From assembly GCA_044892525.1 (NCBI GenBank), contig CM097885.1, positions 17,362,001 to 17,426,000 of the forward strand: a stretch of DNA of 64,000 bases, given 5' to 3'. This document shows, piece after piece, positions 12,760 through 26,965 of the stretch (position 1 is its first letter; each line of letters opens with the position of its first letter). Position numbers and translations under genes: made by a program. Source of the DNA: Schmidtea polychroa. Lineage: Eukaryota. The notes beneath the pieces are model-generated. The model saw nothing but the letters and a program-made list of their open reading frames with translations, searched no databases and was not told the origin of the DNA.

Positions 12760-14998
12760 AATAGTCTTCGAAATTCAAAATTAATTAAAAATAATTCAAA
12801 ATATGAAGTTTATTTTTTTGAAATCTCTAATGATCTATGTGAAATATTAAAATCAAATTCAATTAATGAAATTGATGCTAATTTTGATCACAATGTAAGT
12901 TAATTAGATTTATCAAATTTTTAGTTTATCTAGATGAAATTCAAAGATTATCTGCATCCCAGATAGTAAAAATACCGTACTTAGTTTATCTACAGATCAA
13001 TGTCGTTCTGATCAAGTACTTATAGGTATTGATATAAAGTAAGAAAATAATATTTATAGAAATTATCATTGTAATTAAAATTTCTCAAGTAACAATTTAT
13101 TAAATAATTTGGGAACAATTGAAGAAAGAATTATAGTCAAAGAAAATCACCAATTAAACATTAACAAAAAAAGAAAAGTAAATTCAGATCTATTTAATGA
13201 TAATCAGCCTAGTGCCAAAAAACGATTCGTTGATCAGAAAAATGAAAGTGAGATTGAGGTCGAGGTTGATCCAAATCTAAACAATCAGCCCAAAGAGGAA
13301 AAATCATTTTCAATGAAAACTAAAATAAGCGTTTTGGATGAATTAAAATTAGGCAAATCTATAAAACATATTTCTAACGCGTTAAATATTTCGGAAAATA
13401 AAATAAAAGAATTTCAGTCAAAAGAAAGCGAAATTCGTAGACAGTATCACGAATCTGTGAATGAGCGAGTGGAATTGAATAATTCTTCATCACAACCGCC
13501 GATTGCTAAACAAATTACATCAGAAAAGCAAAATGTCAAATCAAGCGTAAAGACAAACAAATATCAGCCTAATTTACGTAAAAGTACTGAAATATCTCCA
13601 CAAGATTCGGCTAAATGTGTTTTGAATTTGGATTTTGAATTAACAAGGGAGAATGGTAAATTATTATTTAGTGAATCCCTCAAGAGAACATCAGTTGATT
13701 TGCCGAACTTCAGTTTCCAATTGCCAAAAGATCATCCAGATATCCCTAAACCCGATTTGTTACATCCGACTAATCTGACGCAAGCCTCAATAAACAATCC
13801 TATAAAGAAGCCACCAACAGATCTGAAGAACAGTTCCTCGAATCCTCTATTTCCAGTAAAAGAAAAAATTGTGAAAAAGGCACCGGAAATAGGAAATGTC
13901 ACTGTTCAAGTATCAAAGAAACCGTCACAGATTGAAATAAAATTGCCACAAGTAGACAAAAAGATGGAAAAGGTTGAAATAAAGCCTTTAAATACAACAG
14001 AATCCTCTAGTAAGAAATCAAACAAAAGAGCTGAGCCCACAAAAGATAAAGATATTCCCATCAATAAAGACTCGGTAGGGAAAATCCAACAAAAACAGCC
14101 AATGACAAAATCGAATTCATCGGAAAATCAAAACGAAACAACAGATATTCCGACTCAATTCAAATATATCGTCGTGGATCCTAGTGCCACCGATTTTATG
14201 CCGTTAGAAAATGTCGATCCTGATCTCAAGTACAGCTTTAATTATAAAGAACTTCAATACAAAATTACTGGCTCCTTTTACAGGTCAACAAATGTCGACA
14301 GTGAAGATTTTATCAATGAAGTTCAGAAATTGTATGAGAGATTTACTGAATGCGCAAAGATCTATGAGAAATATCGCCTGAAAAGGAATGAATTGAAGAA
14401 TCGAGCGAGCAATGCTAAGTGCAGCAAAGATATTTCTGTAATAATTTCTGCATTATTAAAACAATCGTTCTCATTTTCATATTATTATTAATATTTTTTG
14501 TTTCAATGACATCATAACCTCAATTTTACAAAGTAATAATTCCCGATGAAAATGAATAATAATACGGAGAGGACAATAATATTATTACATTCTGTCTACA
14601 AGATTACTGTGCCATTCCTCTAGCATCAGGGTATTCGTATTGAGAATAGACATTCAATTGACAGATCCCTGAAATCAAAGCAGGACTAATCTCATACCAA
14701 ATAGTGATCAAACTTGTATGTAGATCTGCTAGCATTTAAATAAAATAACCAAATCCCGATTCCAACTAAAGAGCTTGAGCTATTATCCATCTTATAAAAT
14801 ATCTTTATAATCAAATATTTAATTATATATTATCAATAATTATCGATAATTATATTCTAGGAACTTTATAAAGAATTTTATCACTTGGTCGAAGAAGAAA
14901 AACTTCCATTTTTCAAGAATCTGGAGAAGGAAGTGGCAATCTTACAGATTAAATTGACCAAAGCTGCACATCTATTAGGAATAAATTTGAATCTTTGA
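12760..14998 (+). CDS. Spliced host-like gene with a CENP-B/Psq-type HTH, a long low-complexity linker and a C-terminal helical domain; 5' exon structure uncertain
   Basis: Large exon ~13090-14437 (SFSMKTKISVLDELKLGKSIKHISNALNISENKIKEF = HTH-like); GT donor 14438 and AG acceptor 14860 join in phase 0 to last exon ELYKEFYHLVEEEKLPFFKNLEKEVAILQIKLTKAAHLLGINLNL*; AATAAA ~15050; small GT-AG introns at ~12895-13090. Confidence 0.6.
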
Positions 14999-16309
14999 GC
15001 TATTCTCCCGATGAAATTTCCCAGCCTCCAAACTTTCCTTTTATTTATAAATAAATATTTTTTGCATTTGATAATTGTTTATTGGAATAATAATTTCGTT
15101 CGAATGGCAAATTTCATTACTGGTTATTCCTTATTTCTGTTTTGCAGAATAATTATCAAATATTTTCATTAAAATCCCAAAAAGGCTTTGTCGGTCAATC
15201 ATACGGTGAAGTGACTTATCAGTGTCTTAATTCGACTAAGGGGTAAACAAGAGGTCGAATCCATTTCTAATCATACTTCTCTGAATGAGACTTGGTCGAT
15301 TTCTCAGAGCGTGGACCACCGAAACGGACACATGTAGCCGTATTTCATACTGATCAATTCGAGAACAAGAAAAAGACGAAGACTACCCAAACCAAGAAAC
15401 TCCACCTTTAAGCGAGATGATCGGAGCAACGAATTAATGGGTAATTATGACGATTGTGTGTGCCAGTATAAATGTATAAGTAGATATAAATAGTATTAGT
15501 ATTATTCCTTTTGTAAATAATGTAGAAACTATTAAATTAACGTGAATAGTACAATTCCTTTCGTAGATAATTTAAATTAAGCAAATAATAAAATGTTGGA
15601 TGAGAATAATGTAATTATAAATAATTTTAGTAGTAGAATTGGTGGAAATAATTATAAAGTTGAAATAAATAATGCGTTGAAAACAAATTTAAAAAAGCGA
15701 ATCAATCTTATGTAATAGAAAATTAAAAAAATAAAAGTCAATAAAAAATAAATATTGATGATGCTATTATTTTAAATATGCTGAATAAAAATAATTTTAA
15801 AGAAATAAAAAAATTGATGACGATAAAAAGAATGCGGAAATAATTGTACTCAAATTTTATCGATAGATGCGTAAAAAAATTTAAAACAAGCAGAAAATAT
15901 GATTTTTGCACATAATGAAAACGATAGAATATTTGATACATGTGGCTGTAAAATACAAAATAGAAGTGAAACATATTTGAAGAAGGATCAGTATAAAATG
16001 GGTGGACGTCCAAATGTAATAATAATTAAAAATTACTTTAAAAATTATTTGTTCGATTATAAAAAATATCTGAAATCCATTTTTAAACAAACACGGAGAC
16101 AAAATTTGGTCCGCAAATGGTAGTCCTTTAAAAACTTTGGGAAGAATCAAGCTTAGAATAAATATAGGAAATAGAGAAGAAAATATTGTTTTTGTAGTAG
16201 TTGAAAATGTATCTCCATCGATAATTGAAGAAATCGATTTATTACGTAGGTTTGACATAAATTAATAAAAAGGTTATAGGAAATAACAACGCAAATGCAA
16301 CCGAATATA

Positions 16310-16504
16310 CCGTAGAGTGCCGATTTTAATACCATGGTACACTATAGGGAAAACGCCAAAAATTTGATTTACTTTGAAATCCAAATATTATACCAGATAC
16401 ACTATTTGGTTTATTATACCATGGTACACTATTTGGTTTATTATACCCTGCTATACTAATTATACTACACTATTTGGGGAGGTATACTATTTGGCACTCT
16501 ACGG
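16310..16504. mobile_element. MITE (Tc1/mariner-pogo type)
   Basis: Terminal inverted repeats CCGTAGAGTGCC / GGCACTCTACGG flanked by TA on both sides; internal tacactatttgg repeats. Confidence 0.85.
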
Positions 16505-16539
16505 TAATTATAATATAGAAATATGAAACATTGAAGCCA

Positions 16540-17645
16540 AATTTGAGAAAAGAACGAACGATGAACTTCGATTTAAAAGAGCAATAGAATTAATAGGATT
16601 AAGGTGTGACAACAAACTTTATGGAGCAATATAAAAATGCCGAAGTATTTATGATAGATAAATGCGATATGGGCAAAACCAATCTATTAAAGCATGATAT
16701 TGAAACCAATCCATTTTAACCCAAGAAGACGATCAGCCCTCCTAGAAAAAAATATTGAAGAAGCCATTAAAAATTTGAAAGAAAACGGCATTATTAGGAA
16801 ATGTGACTCACTATGAAATGCGCCCTTAGTATGTGTCTGGACTGAGTTTAGATTTTAGAAGTTTAAATAAAATGACGGTGTGAAAGTAATTAAATAGAAT
16901 TAGTATTTAATTTCCAGATTTAAATAATATAATAAAAAGAGATAATAAAACTATAAATTAAAATAATAAATAAAATATATTTAAGAATGATTGAAAATTA
17001 AAATATAAATATTTATTGAATGGTTGTGTACGAATATTCCCCATTCAATTATTAACTTATGCTGCAAAAATATCCTCAAAGCTAAAACAGAGATTTTTTA
17101 AATAAGAGAGATTTTGTGATGTTTTATAAAATATAGTTTTGTTTTGCTTTTAAAATATGGATGTAATTAATTCAAGAAATCGAACATCTAATAAACGGAA
17201 AGATAAATCTTCTAAATGTCTAATATCGAACTTATTTTAGATTCATTAAACGGTTCTATGTACTTTAGCACCATTGATCTGGGAAGTGCGTATTATCAGG
17301 TTGAATTCACAGCGAATTTGCAAGAACAGATATCGTTTTTTCGTTGACCTTTGCGTGTGAACATTCATGGAAAGAAATATATTTTTTCGGGAATTATAAA
17401 TATGTGTAGTCGATACATTTCGTTGACAGCTGTAGCAAAGCAAGATGAACAAATTACAGCGGATATTATTATGAAACTTTGGATATTTAAATATGGGGCA
17501 CAGATAATTCAAGTTGATTGTGGCAAAATATTTGAGTCTAACATGATAAAATAATCACAATATACAGCTACAATTTTATAGCTCTTATCACCACAATACT
17601 AATGGTTTGATTGAAAGACAATTTTGAACAACACGAGATTTTATC
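16540..17645 (+). pseudogene. Highly decayed Gypsy pol fragments (RT start, integrase), cut off by the Polinton end
   Basis: IEEAIKNLKENGIIRKC and LDFRSLN at ~16755-16870; IQVDCGKIFES and SYHHNTNGLIERQF at ~17500-17625, homologous to the Gypsy at 21487-25064. Confidence 0.75.
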
Positions 17646-17729
17646 AGTAGTAGATGGATTGGGGCCCGCAAGACCACATACCCCCCCCCTCCTCCCCCGG
17701 CCGGAAAAATTAAAAAAAATTTTTTTTTC

Positions 17730-18295
17730 AAGGTCAAATTTTAAACAAAGACATATGACTCATCCAGGTTGTTTCAAGGTCATTTCAAGGTCGCATTACT
17801 CATCCAAGGTCATTCCCAAGGTCATATGACTCATTAGGATGAATCATCAAGGTCATATTATTATTTTTAAAAATATTATTATTTTTATTATTATTTTTCA
17901 AAAATATTATTAAGTGGTCTTGAGGGCCCTTGGTTTTCGTTTCCCAAAAGTTATCGTTCATATCATTTTATTTCATCGATTGATAGCTTATTTTGAAGCT
18001 TAGTGCAAGACCTTTCGAATGAGCTATTGAAGGTATCATCATCATTATTATTGGCAAAGTTATTAACGTTTTCCCGAGACCATTTTCAAGGTCATTTGAC
18101 TATTTTATTATTATTTTTCAAAATATTATTATTTTCAAGGTCATATTATTATTTTTCAAAATATTATTTTTTCAAGGTCATATTATTATTTTTTAAATTA
18201 TTATTTTTTCAAGGTCATTTATTTTTTCAAGGTCATTTATTTTTTTTCAAGGTCATTTATATTTTCAAGGTCAAATTTTTTTTTCATGGTCATAT
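17730..18295 (+). repeat. Polinton subterminal TCAAGGTCA repeat array
   Basis: About a dozen (t)caaggtca copies plus atgactcat. Confidence 0.85.
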
Positions 18296-18385
18296 TTTAA
18301 AATTTAAATTTACAGAGTTCCCGCCAACGAAAATTGTTCATCGATAGCTCATTTTAAAGCCCAATCCAAGACCTTTTGAATGAGC

Positions 18386-19236
<851 letters not shown>

Positions 19237-19691
19237 TAACTAATGTAGTTGCTCATTGCAAACTACAAGGAATATTTTAAAGCTATAGTTTCTTAATCAC
19301 TTTTTTTAAACATTTGCATAATTTCAACATAACAATTTTATTATTTTCTCCATTTTCGTCATAATAATTTCAATACAACATTTTCATAATTTTCTTCATA
19401 ATAGTTTCATAATTTTCATCATAGTATTTTCTTCATAATTTCCATCATAGTATTTTCTTCATAATTTCGTCATAATTACAATAATAATTCAAAAAAAAAC
19501 ATAATAATTTTACAAATAAGATTTATGCAACTGTTTAAAAAAGTGATTAAGAAAATTAAAAAAATTTTTTAAAGAAATATAATAATATAATAATTTTTAA
19601 AGAAATATAAAAAATAAAGAAATATAAAAAAGTGATTAAGTAAATTAAAAAATTTTTTTTTAAAGAAATATAAAAATAAATAAAGGCTTAC

Positions 19692-20249
19692 ATTGTGATT
19701 CCATGTCGGAATCAGAGACCTCAGCAACCTCCTCAATAGAATTGAGGGCATTATCACTATTTTCAAGCTCCTCGATTGCATTTTCAAGCTCCTCGTTAGA
19801 ATCATTATTAATTTCAAGCTCCTCGTTAAATTCATTATTAATTTCAAGCTCCTCGTTAAATTCATTATTGATTTCAGCGTCCATGTCAACATTAAACACT
19901 AAAATGTTTTTTTTTAAAAAATAATATACTAAAATAAAATAAATTTACTTTGTTTATTGAAAACATTGTTTTGCCCAACAAATAAGGCATCATTAACCGG
20001 GGCATCATTAACACGACATCATCGACGTCGCTAATTATAATAGGTTCTAAATAAAAAAAAATAATTTCATAAAAATTAAAATATTTAAATTTACTGAAAA
20101 TCCTATCAACATTCAAAATTGAATCATCTTCGGTCACTTGGTACCAGTCGAAAGGATCTAAATAAAAAATAAAATATAAGAAATAAATAAATAATAACAT
20201 TACCGGTAGTCAATAGACTTCTTAAAATATTATTGTTTTCGTTAGCCAT
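19692..20249 (-). CDS. Small intron-containing acidic protein gene within the Polinton (one apparent 1-nt frameshift; 3' end not resolved)
   Basis: ATG at 20249; GT-AG introns 20203-20158, 20094-20047, 19948-19899 and a donor GTAAGC at 19691; the last resolved exon encodes EINNEFNEEL repeats. Confidence 0.6.
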
Positions 20250-20539
20250 TTTAAAGTTTTAAAGTTTTAAAGTTTATAATTTTGAAAAATTTTGAAAAAT
20301 TGTGACAAATTTTAGATTTGTCAATGTTTATAAAGAGAATAAATATTTTCCTGTCCCAGCCAATGAGAATTTAGGCACACACACATAGACACTGAATATT
20401 TTACTCTCTCAACCATTCACATGCAATGTAAATCACTCAGAAATTACACGTGACTGCCTTTGTTAGTCATGCCTTTGTTAACTTGCAATGTGCATGCTCC
20501 AGGCATAGGTGGTTTTTATGTTGAATTAATAATATTTAT

Positions 20540-20920
20540 CTAAATAATAATAAAATTAATTAAAAATAGTAATATTTTTTCAAAATAATAATATTTTTCA
20601 AAATAATAATAATATTAATAATAATAATAATATTAATTAAAATAATAATATTAATAATAAAATGATAATAATATTATTACAAATAAAAAATAATAATAAT
20701 AATATTAATAATAATTGTTATTATAATAATAGTAATTATAATAATTATAATAATAGTAATTATAATAATTATAATAATAATAATAATAATACTAGTAATA
20801 ATAATAATAATTATAATAATAATAATATTATTATTAATATTATTATTAATAATTATTATAATGTTAATTATAATGATAATAATAAAAAAAAATAATAATA
20901 ATAATAATAATAATAATCAC
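20540..20920. repeat. (AAT)n-rich low-complexity tract
   Basis: Direct reading of the sequence. Confidence 0.9.
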
Positions 20921-20944
20921 AACAACATTTATTAAACATCAAAT

Positions 20945-21265
20945 TTTTTATACAACAACCAAGCTAAACAATGTTGACCACATGTTTGGGTCAATGGATT
21001 TTGAAACATAGTTTTATTATACACGATAGGTTTCCCCATTGTTTGTAGTTGGGTAATAAAAACCCATAGGATCGAACACGAATATATTACCAGGTTTCAC
21101 ATATATAGCTATCCAATGTTCTCCACCAAGATGAGAAGATTGAGTATTGACGATTATTGCTTGATTATTGCTCAAATATAGAATTTTATCAAGAGGAAAA
21201 ACTCCTACAAATTCATTTCCCAATATTTGTTTTTCAATTCGATTAACCTGAACAGAACTACTATA
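20945..21265 (-). pseudogene. Polinton adenain-like cysteine protease, frameshifted near the C-terminus
   Basis: FVGVFPLDKI, AIIVNTQSSHLGGEHWIAIY, FVFDPMG; a downstream frame gives QNPLTQTCGQHCLAWL with the catalytic Cys. Confidence 0.85.
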
Positions 21266-21326
21266 ATAAATCCTGAGTATAAAAAACAACTTACTCCATG
21301 ACAACGTTTTGTGTGTCTGTATACAT

Positions 21327-21482
21327 TTATACCAACACTGTTCTATTTGAAGTAATTTGAACTTCATTTTCAAATACTCCATATATTATAACATGTACCG
21401 GTTCAGTACTGGCTTTTGCAAACTTTATATCCAGTCGTAAATTTCCATTTTGAGGTAATTGACTCTGATTTAAATCAAAATC
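21327..21482 (-). pseudogene. C-terminal remnant of the Polinton major capsid protein
   Basis: Manual translation FDLNQSQLPQNGNLRLDIKFAKASTEPVHVIIYGVFENEVQITSNRTVLV* matches the Polinton MCP C-terminal pattern; the rest is replaced by Gypsy sequence. Confidence 0.7.
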
Positions 21483-21486
21483 TCTG

Positions 21487-21900
21487 ATGGACAAAGTAGA
21501 CAAGCAAAGAGATCAGATTAACAGTATGAAAAGTTACACCAGAGTGGTCTATCAGGAACCACAGAGAAGAGTACAATACAAGAAGAAAGAACAGAGAGAA
21601 GAAAGTATCCGAAGAGAAATGCCAGAAGGCTGGTTATGCCACAAAATAGGACACACGAAAATTGATTGTCCAATAAAAGGTAAAATAGAATGCTGGACAT
21701 GTCATAGAAGCGGACATATAAGTAGAAACTGTCCAGATAAAAAAGCTCCAAGATGTTTTGGGTGTGGGAAAGAAGGTCATATAAGAAGATTGTGTCAGGA
21801 AATACGTTGTGAAAGATGTAGCAGAAATGGTCATAGATCCGAGGAGTGTTATACAAAGATGAGGTACGGGAGAGCGACGGAGAGACAAAGATTCACGTGA
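21487..21900 (+). pseudogene. gag: Gypsy Gag C-terminus with CCHC zinc knuckles
   Basis: CWTCHRSGHISRNC, CFGCGKEGHIRRLC, CERCSRNGHRSEEC. Confidence 0.9.
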
Positions 21901-22049
21901 AACAGATACAGTCGGATAAATGGTATCGAGGAAGAAGAAGAAAGGGAATCGTGTGTAGAGACAAATGAAGATAATTTTAGGAAGACGTACCCAAACAACA
22001 TGGCTCCACCAGTAGAGGAGTTGGTTGGAGCCATATTCTAACAGAAAAT

Positions 22050-25000
22050 TTGATGGGATATCCTCAAGGGGCAGAAAAGTGGGAGAATGTTGGAAGGGTA
22101 AGCGAGAAAGTATACAGGTTCCTAAAGAGAGAAATGTTTGAAGAGGAAGTGGAAAGAATTGGAACCATTGAAACGGAGCAGGTTGTTGAAATTTTGTATA
22201 ACAGAATGCAAGGAAGGCCTAGTATAACAGTAAGGATGAATGGGGAAAATTTCGACTGTTTATTAGACACTGGGGCAAGAACCAATGTAATGAGTGTGAA
22301 CTGTTTTAACAAGCTACGAGGACAACAATTGACGAAAAGTGACGATAAGTTACGATGCGCAAACGAGAGTACGATCGAGACAATAGGAAAAACGAAGGTG
22401 CAAGTAACCATTGGAAATGTTTCGAAGGAAGTTATATTCATTGTGGCGGAGAAAGTGACACCAGACGTGATTGGAGGAATCGAATTACAAGAAACATTTG
22501 GATTTAGACTGTTAAAAATTAAAGATATCGAGGCTAGTGAAAAAGACAAGAACTATATTTGGAACATTGAAGCAAAATTTGGCAGAAAAATAAAGGATGA
22601 CGAACGATTAATACGAGCGTTGGAACAGTTAAAGATCAATGAAGATAGCAAATTAAAGGAAATTATAACAAACAGTGGAAACGTGTTTATGGCAGATAAA
22701 TGGGATGTGGGTCACACACATTTGGTAAAACACAGGATAGTTACAAGAGGTGAGCCGATAAGCATAAAACCATATCGCCAACCACTAAATTTGGAATCAA
22801 AGATTGAAGAAGCAATACAAAATTTGTACGAAAATGGAATTATACGGAAATGTAACTCCATGGAATACACCGCTAATATGTATATGGAAAAAAGAGAAAA
22901 AGGATATTAGACTATGCTTGGACTTTAGACAGCTGAACGCGGTAACAGAGAGGCAGGCATTTCCAATGCCAAACATAGACGAGATGTTGGATTTGTTAGG
23001 ATGATCCGTCTTTTTCAGTTCAATCGATCTAGGTAATGCATATTACCAAGTGGAACTAGAAGAAGAATCACAGGAGAAAATAGCTTTCTCAACAAAGAAT
23101 GGACAATATTGTTTCAACAGAATGCCGTTTGGAAATGCAGCAGCACCAGGTACGTTCCAAGAAATGATGACAAAAGTATTAGGCAAAATAAAGGGAGCAA
23201 TGGTGTATTTGGACGACATCTTGATTTATTCAAGCAGTAAAGAGAAACACTATACAATACTCGGAGAAGTGTTAAAAGCGATTGAGGAAGCAGGCTTAAG
23301 GATTAATCCAGAAAAATGCCAAATAATAAAGAAAGAAATCAGATTCTTAGGACACATAATCAGCAAGGAAGGAGTACAGACAGATTCATCTAAAATTCAG
23401 GCCATACAGAACTTTGGGAAGCCTAATTGCGTAAAGAAACTCCGAAGCTTTTTAGGTATTTGCAATTATTATAGAAGATTCATCAGTGATTATGCAAAGA
23501 AGACAAGAATGTTAGAACAATTATGTAGCAGACCAAGTAACAAAAAATTAGAATGGAGTGAAGGAACGAATAGCGTGTTTGAAGGATTGAAATTAGCACT
23601 CACGACGGCGCCAATCTTATGTTTTCCGGATCTGAAAAAGGAGTTCATTTTAGATACCGACGCTAGTTTCGATACCATTGGAGCAGTACTTTCACAAAGA
23701 GATAAAGATGGAAAGGAAAGAGCCACGAGAAAGGATATTGTATTACAAGAAAGGAACTATTGGCGGTATATTATTTTTGCATTCATTTTAAGCACTATCT
23801 CTACGGAAGAAGATTCACGCTCAGGACAGACCACAAGGCAATCACGTTTATGATGACAACCAAGAAGCCGATTACTTCACAATTCCAAACATGGATCAAT
23901 TATTTGAGCAGTTTAGATATAAGAGTAGAATACAGAAAGGGTATTAATCACCAAAATGCAGACATGGTGTCGAGAACTAAATGTGACACGTGTGTTCAAT
24001 GTCAAATGGCCCACGAAGAAGCTAAGAAAGGAAAGATAAAAACAAGATTACTAGACTCGATCAGAGAAGAGGGAAGAAGCAACATCCAACATGGAATTGT
24101 AGAAGTACGAAAGAAAACGATGATACCTGAAAATGAGTTACAAGAAACAATAAAGGAAATACATAGACTATTGTGTCATGCTGGAGTCGAGAAGATAGCC
24201 AATTATATGAAAGATAGATATGTTGGAAAACACATGTGGAGTAAGATTCAGGAGATTGTTCGAAGTTGTGAGATTTGTCAAAAAACCAAGGCTTTAACAA
24301 TAACAACGAAAGAACCAGTAAAAAGACAAGATTCGAAGGAAATGTTCGAAATTATATTCGTGGATATATGTGGAGCGTTGGCAGAAACAAAAGGAGTTAA
24401 GAAGTATATATTGGGCATAATAGATCAGTATAGTAAGTATCAAGTCTTGACAGCGATAACAAAACAAGACGAAGAAACAATAAAGAAAACGATTTTAGAA
24501 AAGTGGATTTTAAGATCTGGATGCCCAAAGGAGATAAGAGTTGATTGCGGAAAGGCGTTTGAATCAGGAATGATGAGAGAATTCACAAAGATGCTAGATA
24601 TTAAATTATATTTTTCGAGTCCATACCATCACCAAACAAACGGTCAGATAGAAAGACAATTCAGGACAATACGGGATTTGATAAATGCTACTTTACAGGA
24701 TAAAAAGAAGACGGATTGGGCAGAGATAATACCAGAAGTCGAATTCACTTTAAATGCAACCAAACAAAAAACGACAAGGAAAAGCCCGGCAGAGATAGTT
24801 TTTGGAAAAAAGATTAGCAGGGAAAAATGGTACGGGTCCAAAGAAATACCGATAAAGGAAGAACTAGAAGAACAAACAAGGAGAAAATTCAATGTAGGAG
24901 AAGAAGTATTAGTAAAAGTAGAAACACGCCACAAGGGCCAGGACAGGTATGAAGGTCCGTACAAAATGATAGAGAAAGTGCATGACAGACGATACATCTT

Positions 25001-25064
25001 AAGAAATGAAGATGGAAAAAGGATCGAAAGAAATGTGGAAATTTTCTTAAGAAGGGGGATATGA
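22050..25064 (+). pseudogene. pol: Gypsy Pol (PR-RT-RNase H-IN), broken by frameshifts and a stop
   Basis: LLDTGA; LCLDFRQLN; RMPFG; YLDD; LDTDAS; HRLLCH...CEIC; VDICG, VDCG, GQIER; GPY. Confidence 0.92.
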
Positions 25065-25307
25065 GGAAGTTTTATGATGAAGAAATTTTTAAACTGAAAA
25101 TTTTAAAAATTAAAGTTTAGATTAATTTTTAAAAAAACAAAATAAGAAGATATTTTAATTAAAAATATCTTCGTAGAAAATTTGTTTAAATAAGAAAGAT
25201 TAAGGAAGATATAATTTGATTTTGATATTTATTGAAATAAAATTTATGGAAACAAAAACTGATTTTAATGTTTTTCAGGATGAACCTCCATACTAATAAT
25301 ATCAGAA

Positions 25308-26363
25308 TTAGCCATCTACTTTACGAAAATGAGTTTTGGAACCTTTTGGAAAGTTTATAAGTTTTCCACTATCATCACGAATATTTATTTCTATATTGTT
25401 TATACATGAACTTGCTATTGGTAAATACATGGGATTATCGATATTTATATTGACAACTTCATCATGTTCATATTTGCCAATCCATACCGATTTCAAAAGA
25501 GGAACACAGGAATCACCAACAATTATGGGTTCGATAATGTTAGTATATATGAACATTTGTTGATGATGTTCTAGTATTCGTGGTTTGCGTATACCAGTCG
25601 ATTTTTCTCGATATTTTTGCTTATCTAATCCAAGTGAATTTGTCAAATTTTTATCAAATGTAACTTCGCAAATATCATCATTCAAACTGAAGGTAAACAT
25701 CAAATCTTTCACAATTTCCAGATTTTTAAATATGTGTGAACAATTGAACTTTAAATATTTAAGTAAATCATCAAGTTTATCAAAATATAATTCATCAGCA
25801 AAGGTGAATGATTCTTCAACTTCATCATTATACGACACAGATATTTTGATTTCTTCTTTCACTATACTGTTTGCTTCAAATAGATTAAAACGTAATAAAT
25901 ACTCGGTCTCCGTAACAATATTTTTCAACTTATTGCAACCCATTCGTTTGGCATCTTCAATAGTTTCGAATGTTATTGTAAATGGTTTAAAATCACAACT
26001 GATATTTAATCCATCCTTGTAAAATATATAGCAATGCGAATCTAATATTTGATTCGGAATATGATATGTTTTATCATAATTACTGATAACAAAGATACCC
26101 CTACATGTTTTCATAATATTCCTTTTGAAATCAATCTTACATTGACTATAAAATGGGACTGTGTTGTACACGAATGTAAAATCTTGCAGTGCAACTTCCC
26201 AGTCACCATTTAAAGAAATCGGATTCTGGAGATTGACCATAAATTTACTGGCTTGATTGTCTGGATGAATTAATGGGCAACTATTGCTCGGTAAAATAGT
26301 ATAAAAATTCACTTTACTAGGTCTTTTGCAGATATCCATGACGGGTTTTGATAACCATGCCAT
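25308..26363 (-). CDS. Polinton minor capsid (penton-like) protein
   Basis: FYTILPSNS...L.GDWEVAL N-terminus; IYTNIIEPIIVGDSCVPLLK...IEINIRDDSG...HFRK C-terminus; the true start may lie downstream of the ORF-track ATG. Confidence 0.8.
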   Translation of the reverse strand: MAWLSKPVMDICKRPSKVNFYTILPSNSCPLIHPDNQASKFMVNLQNPISLNGDWEVALQDFTFVYNTVPFYSQCKIDFKRNIMKTCRGIFVISNYDKTYHIPNQILDSHCYIFYKDGLNISCDFKPFTITFETIEDAKRMGCNKLKNIVTETEYLLRFNLFEANSIVKEEIKISVSYNDEVEESFTFADELYFDKLDDLLKYLKFNCSHIFKNLEIVKDLMFTFSLNDDICEVTFDKNLTNSLGLDKQKYREKSTGIRKPRILEHHQQMFIYTNIIEPIIVGDSCVPLLKSVWIGKYEHDEVVNINIDNPMYLPIASSCINNIEINIRDDSGKLINFPKGSKTHFRKVDG

Positions 26364-26906
26364 TTGACATAGTATTGTTTATCCTTGCCGACCTTTTTAG
26401 TTTTCAATATTTTTTGAATTCCTGCTCATAAAATTTCCCTTGTACAATATTATTATCACTGTCTTTGATGACATACATTACAGGATTCTGTTTAGTATTT
26501 ATTTTTGAAATTACAAAGACTTCATCACTCCAATTTGTATCAAAATTTTTAATAAATGGTGATGCACTAATTTTACTAATTCTAACATGGTCACCGACTT
26601 TATATTTAGGTTTTGTAATTTTTACAGATTTCTTAGAAGTCAATGATGTTTTTGATATAATATCAACCGGTCTCAATCCATTCAGTCCTCGATGTGATGA
26701 ATGATTATAACTTGTTATTATTTTCGGTAAAGCATTTACCCATTTTTTATTACCTTGATGCACGAACAATTTCTTTAATCTATCTCTCAATGTTCGATTA
26801 AATCTTTCAACAGGGCAGCTTTGTATTGAGAATGTACCGAGTAGTGATTTATTTTCAGTTTATCGAGGATTTGCTTAACTTTGCTATTGTAGAATTCTTT
26901 ACCTAA

Positions 26907-26965
<59 letters not shown>

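Larger units (their letters stand above)
21483..25292 (+). mobile_element. 5'-truncated Ty3/Gypsy LTR retrotransposon inserted in the Polinton, with PPT and a probable short 3' LTR (~25060-25292)
   Basis: gag-pol relics; purine tract AAGAAGGGGGA at ~25051 directly before a non-coding AT-rich segment. Confidence 0.85.

Noticed and set aside
21266..21382. N-terminus of the ORF-track protease (MEYLKMKF...)
   Set aside because: Overlaps the major capsid C-terminus in another frame; not protease-like
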